A stretch of 51,688 bases of DNA, filler included, from Dirinaria sp. TL-2023a (Eukaryota): assembly GCA_051941275.1 (NCBI GenBank). It is 3 parts of 3 records of this genome, joined end to end, with 100 filler letters (N's around TTAATTAATTAA, not from the genome) between each part and the next. Parts side by side here need not be neighbours in the genome. Positions count along the whole stretch, not along the records: positions 34,531 to 51,688 come from JAVEBF010000449.1; 2 more parts are not named here. One strand, given 5' to 3'. Positions 50,248-51,688 of this stretch are shown here, in pieces; position 1 is the first letter of the stretch, and each line of letters opens with the position of its first letter. The notes under the pieces were generated by a model that did no database searches, was not told where the DNA came from, and saw nothing but the letters and a program-made list of their open reading frames with translations. The position numbers and the translations under genes are program-made.

Positions 50248-51688
50248 ATGTCTTCGAAAACATCTAAGAAACGTATAGCTAACGTGACTGATGGCGAGGA
50301 TGAACCGAACAAGCTACGATTCCACTCGACACCCAGGGACCGCTACAGAACCCCAAGGCTGCCAAGGTCGTCAACAATAAAGAAGGGCCAGAAGACTCTG
50401 ACCCAAATACAATTTGTACCCTCATCACGTACCATAATCGACGATGTAGACCTCGAATACGAGGAAAGCCCAGTCGAAAGGCAGAGCACCAGAAGGCGCA
50501 GAAAGACTCGAAAGCCTGTCCAGTCTGATACCTTGACGCAAATGGACTTCCTTCTGCCTGCTTCGCCGGGAAAGGAAAACGATGAAATCGTTGAAGATGA
50601 GCTGGCACATGATCCCTTAATGCCACTGCGAACACGGTCAAGCTCGAGAGCTATAAGAGAAGTACCATTAGCTCGAGCCATACACAAACCGACTGCAAAG
50701 AGGAGGGCTATGGAACAACTGAATTTCAGCGATGATGAGAGCGCGCTTTTGAATCCTCCTGCCCAACAGAATGCTTCAGCAGTGCCACGACAGGATTCTA
50801 CGCCCGCAACGCCACCGCGACCAGGTCCTCGAATGTGGAGAAGAGAGATTCCATCATCACAATCGCCTCCAGATACTCCACTGTCTGCACGAGCCCGAAG
50901 GTCGTCTCGAGAGCCATCTAGGTCACCGCTGAGAGAACGCTCTCTCAATGTTCGGAATCCGATAAGAACCACAAGCAAAGCCGCAATGCCTCCACGAAGG
51001 CAAGAGGTTGCTGACAGCATGGACAGTGAGAACGAAGGAAGCTCGGTGTCACCACAGTTAGAAGTTACCTCGACACCCTCTCGAATATGCTATATGCAAG
51101 AAAATCTCCGTGTTAGAACCCAGTCACAGATGACGGATGATAAGGGTGCAGCTGAGCATACATCAACCTCCACGTTGGGTCAACATGTCAGTGGAGGTGA
51201 CACCGGCATCCCACGAGCCACGCAAATAAAATCAGAGGTGGAGGAACTCAACGAGGAAGCGCGTGTGGAGGATCTGAACGAACCCAATCTCACTGGCGCA
51301 GAGGCATCACCATTAGATACCACTTTAGGATCTCGATACAACAGTAGCCCACAATCTTCAGAAGAGGGATCCGCGAAGCGGCCCCTAACATCAAACACCA
51401 CTATCGAAGAGTTCGGAATGCCGACTGTCAGGGACCAAGACATGAGCGGTAGCAGTCCCCATCGCCTTCGCCGGACAAGTAGTGAGCTTTCCATCCCTGA
51501 CTTCAACGATGCCTCACCAGATGACCTCGCCCTTGGCCGCGAAGCCGAAGATATCTCCGACTCCGCCACCGCCAGCACGCCAGCACGAGCAACCGAGACC
51601 CTGCCCCCTCCGCTCTACCAATTCACATCGTCACCGCTCAGGCCCGAGACAGACTCTCAAGTAAACCACTCATGGCGCCGAACATCCC
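50248..51688 (+). CDS. Intrinsically disordered S/T/P-rich hypothetical protein, at least 480 aa, running off the window end
   Basis: ATG at 50248 (MSSKTSKKRIANVTDGEDEPNK). I read the frame to the window end without a stop, which is presumably why it is missing from the ORF track. Motifs QKTLTQIQF, SDTLTQMDF, EIPSSQSP and RSPLRERSLN. Confidence 0.82.
   Translation, partial: MSSKTSKKRIANVTDGEDEPNKLRFHSTPRDRYRTPRLPRSSTIKKGQKTLTQIQFVPSSRTIIDDVDLEYEESPVERQSTRRRRKTRKPVQSDTLTQMDFLLPASPGKENDEIVEDELAHDPLMPLRTRSSSRAIREVPLARAIHKPTAKRRAMEQLNFSDDESALLNPPAQQNASAVPRQDSTPATPPRPGPRMWRREIPSSQSPPDTPLSARARRSSREPSRSPLRERSLNVRNPIRTTSKAAMPPRRQEVADSMDSENEGSSVSPQLEVTSTPSRICYMQENLRVRTQSQMTDDKGAAEHTSTSTLGQHVSGGDTGIPRATQIKSEVEELNEEARVEDLNEPNLTGAEASPLDTTLGSRYNSSPQSSEEGSAKRPLTSNTTIEEFGMPTVRDQDMSGSSPHRLRRTSSELSIPDFNDASPDDLALGREAEDISDSATASTPARATETLPPPLYQFTSSPLRPETDSQVNHSWRRTS

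Overview
Eukaryotic, intron-containing DNA from a filamentous ascomycete (Pezizomycotina; a lichen-forming fungus is plausible but not demonstrated). The window is three contigs joined by an artificial 100-nt spacer (44 N + TTAATTAATTAA + 44 N) at 17170-17269 and 34431-34530, so adjacency across those points is not biological. Contig 1 carries RPC31, an Hsm3-like protein, CSN6, MET2, a peroxisomal acyl-CoA oxidase, a class II aldolase/adducin-fold enzyme and a CFEM-like membrane protein. Contig 2 carries a Cys-rich mucin-like surface protein and a 6-exon SAM methyltransferase (both largely hidden from the ORF track), a TM RING-H2 ligase, a long 2-TM orphan protein and a truncated YIP1. Contig 3 carries an AflR-like Zn2Cys6 regulator with no visible cluster, a GPI-type aspartic protease, a small secreted orphan protein, RAD4/XPC and a divergent disordered protein with tandem MCB boxes that runs off the window. 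Gene models were spliced by hand from GT-AG sites and frame continuity. I see no rRNA, tRNA, CRISPR array or intact transposon, and no unambiguous new multi-gene system. The best leads are the hidden Cys-rich surface protein, an intergenic TAAGGTA/TACCTTA palindromic motif, the RAD4-divergent TLTQ-motif gene and the orphan AflR.
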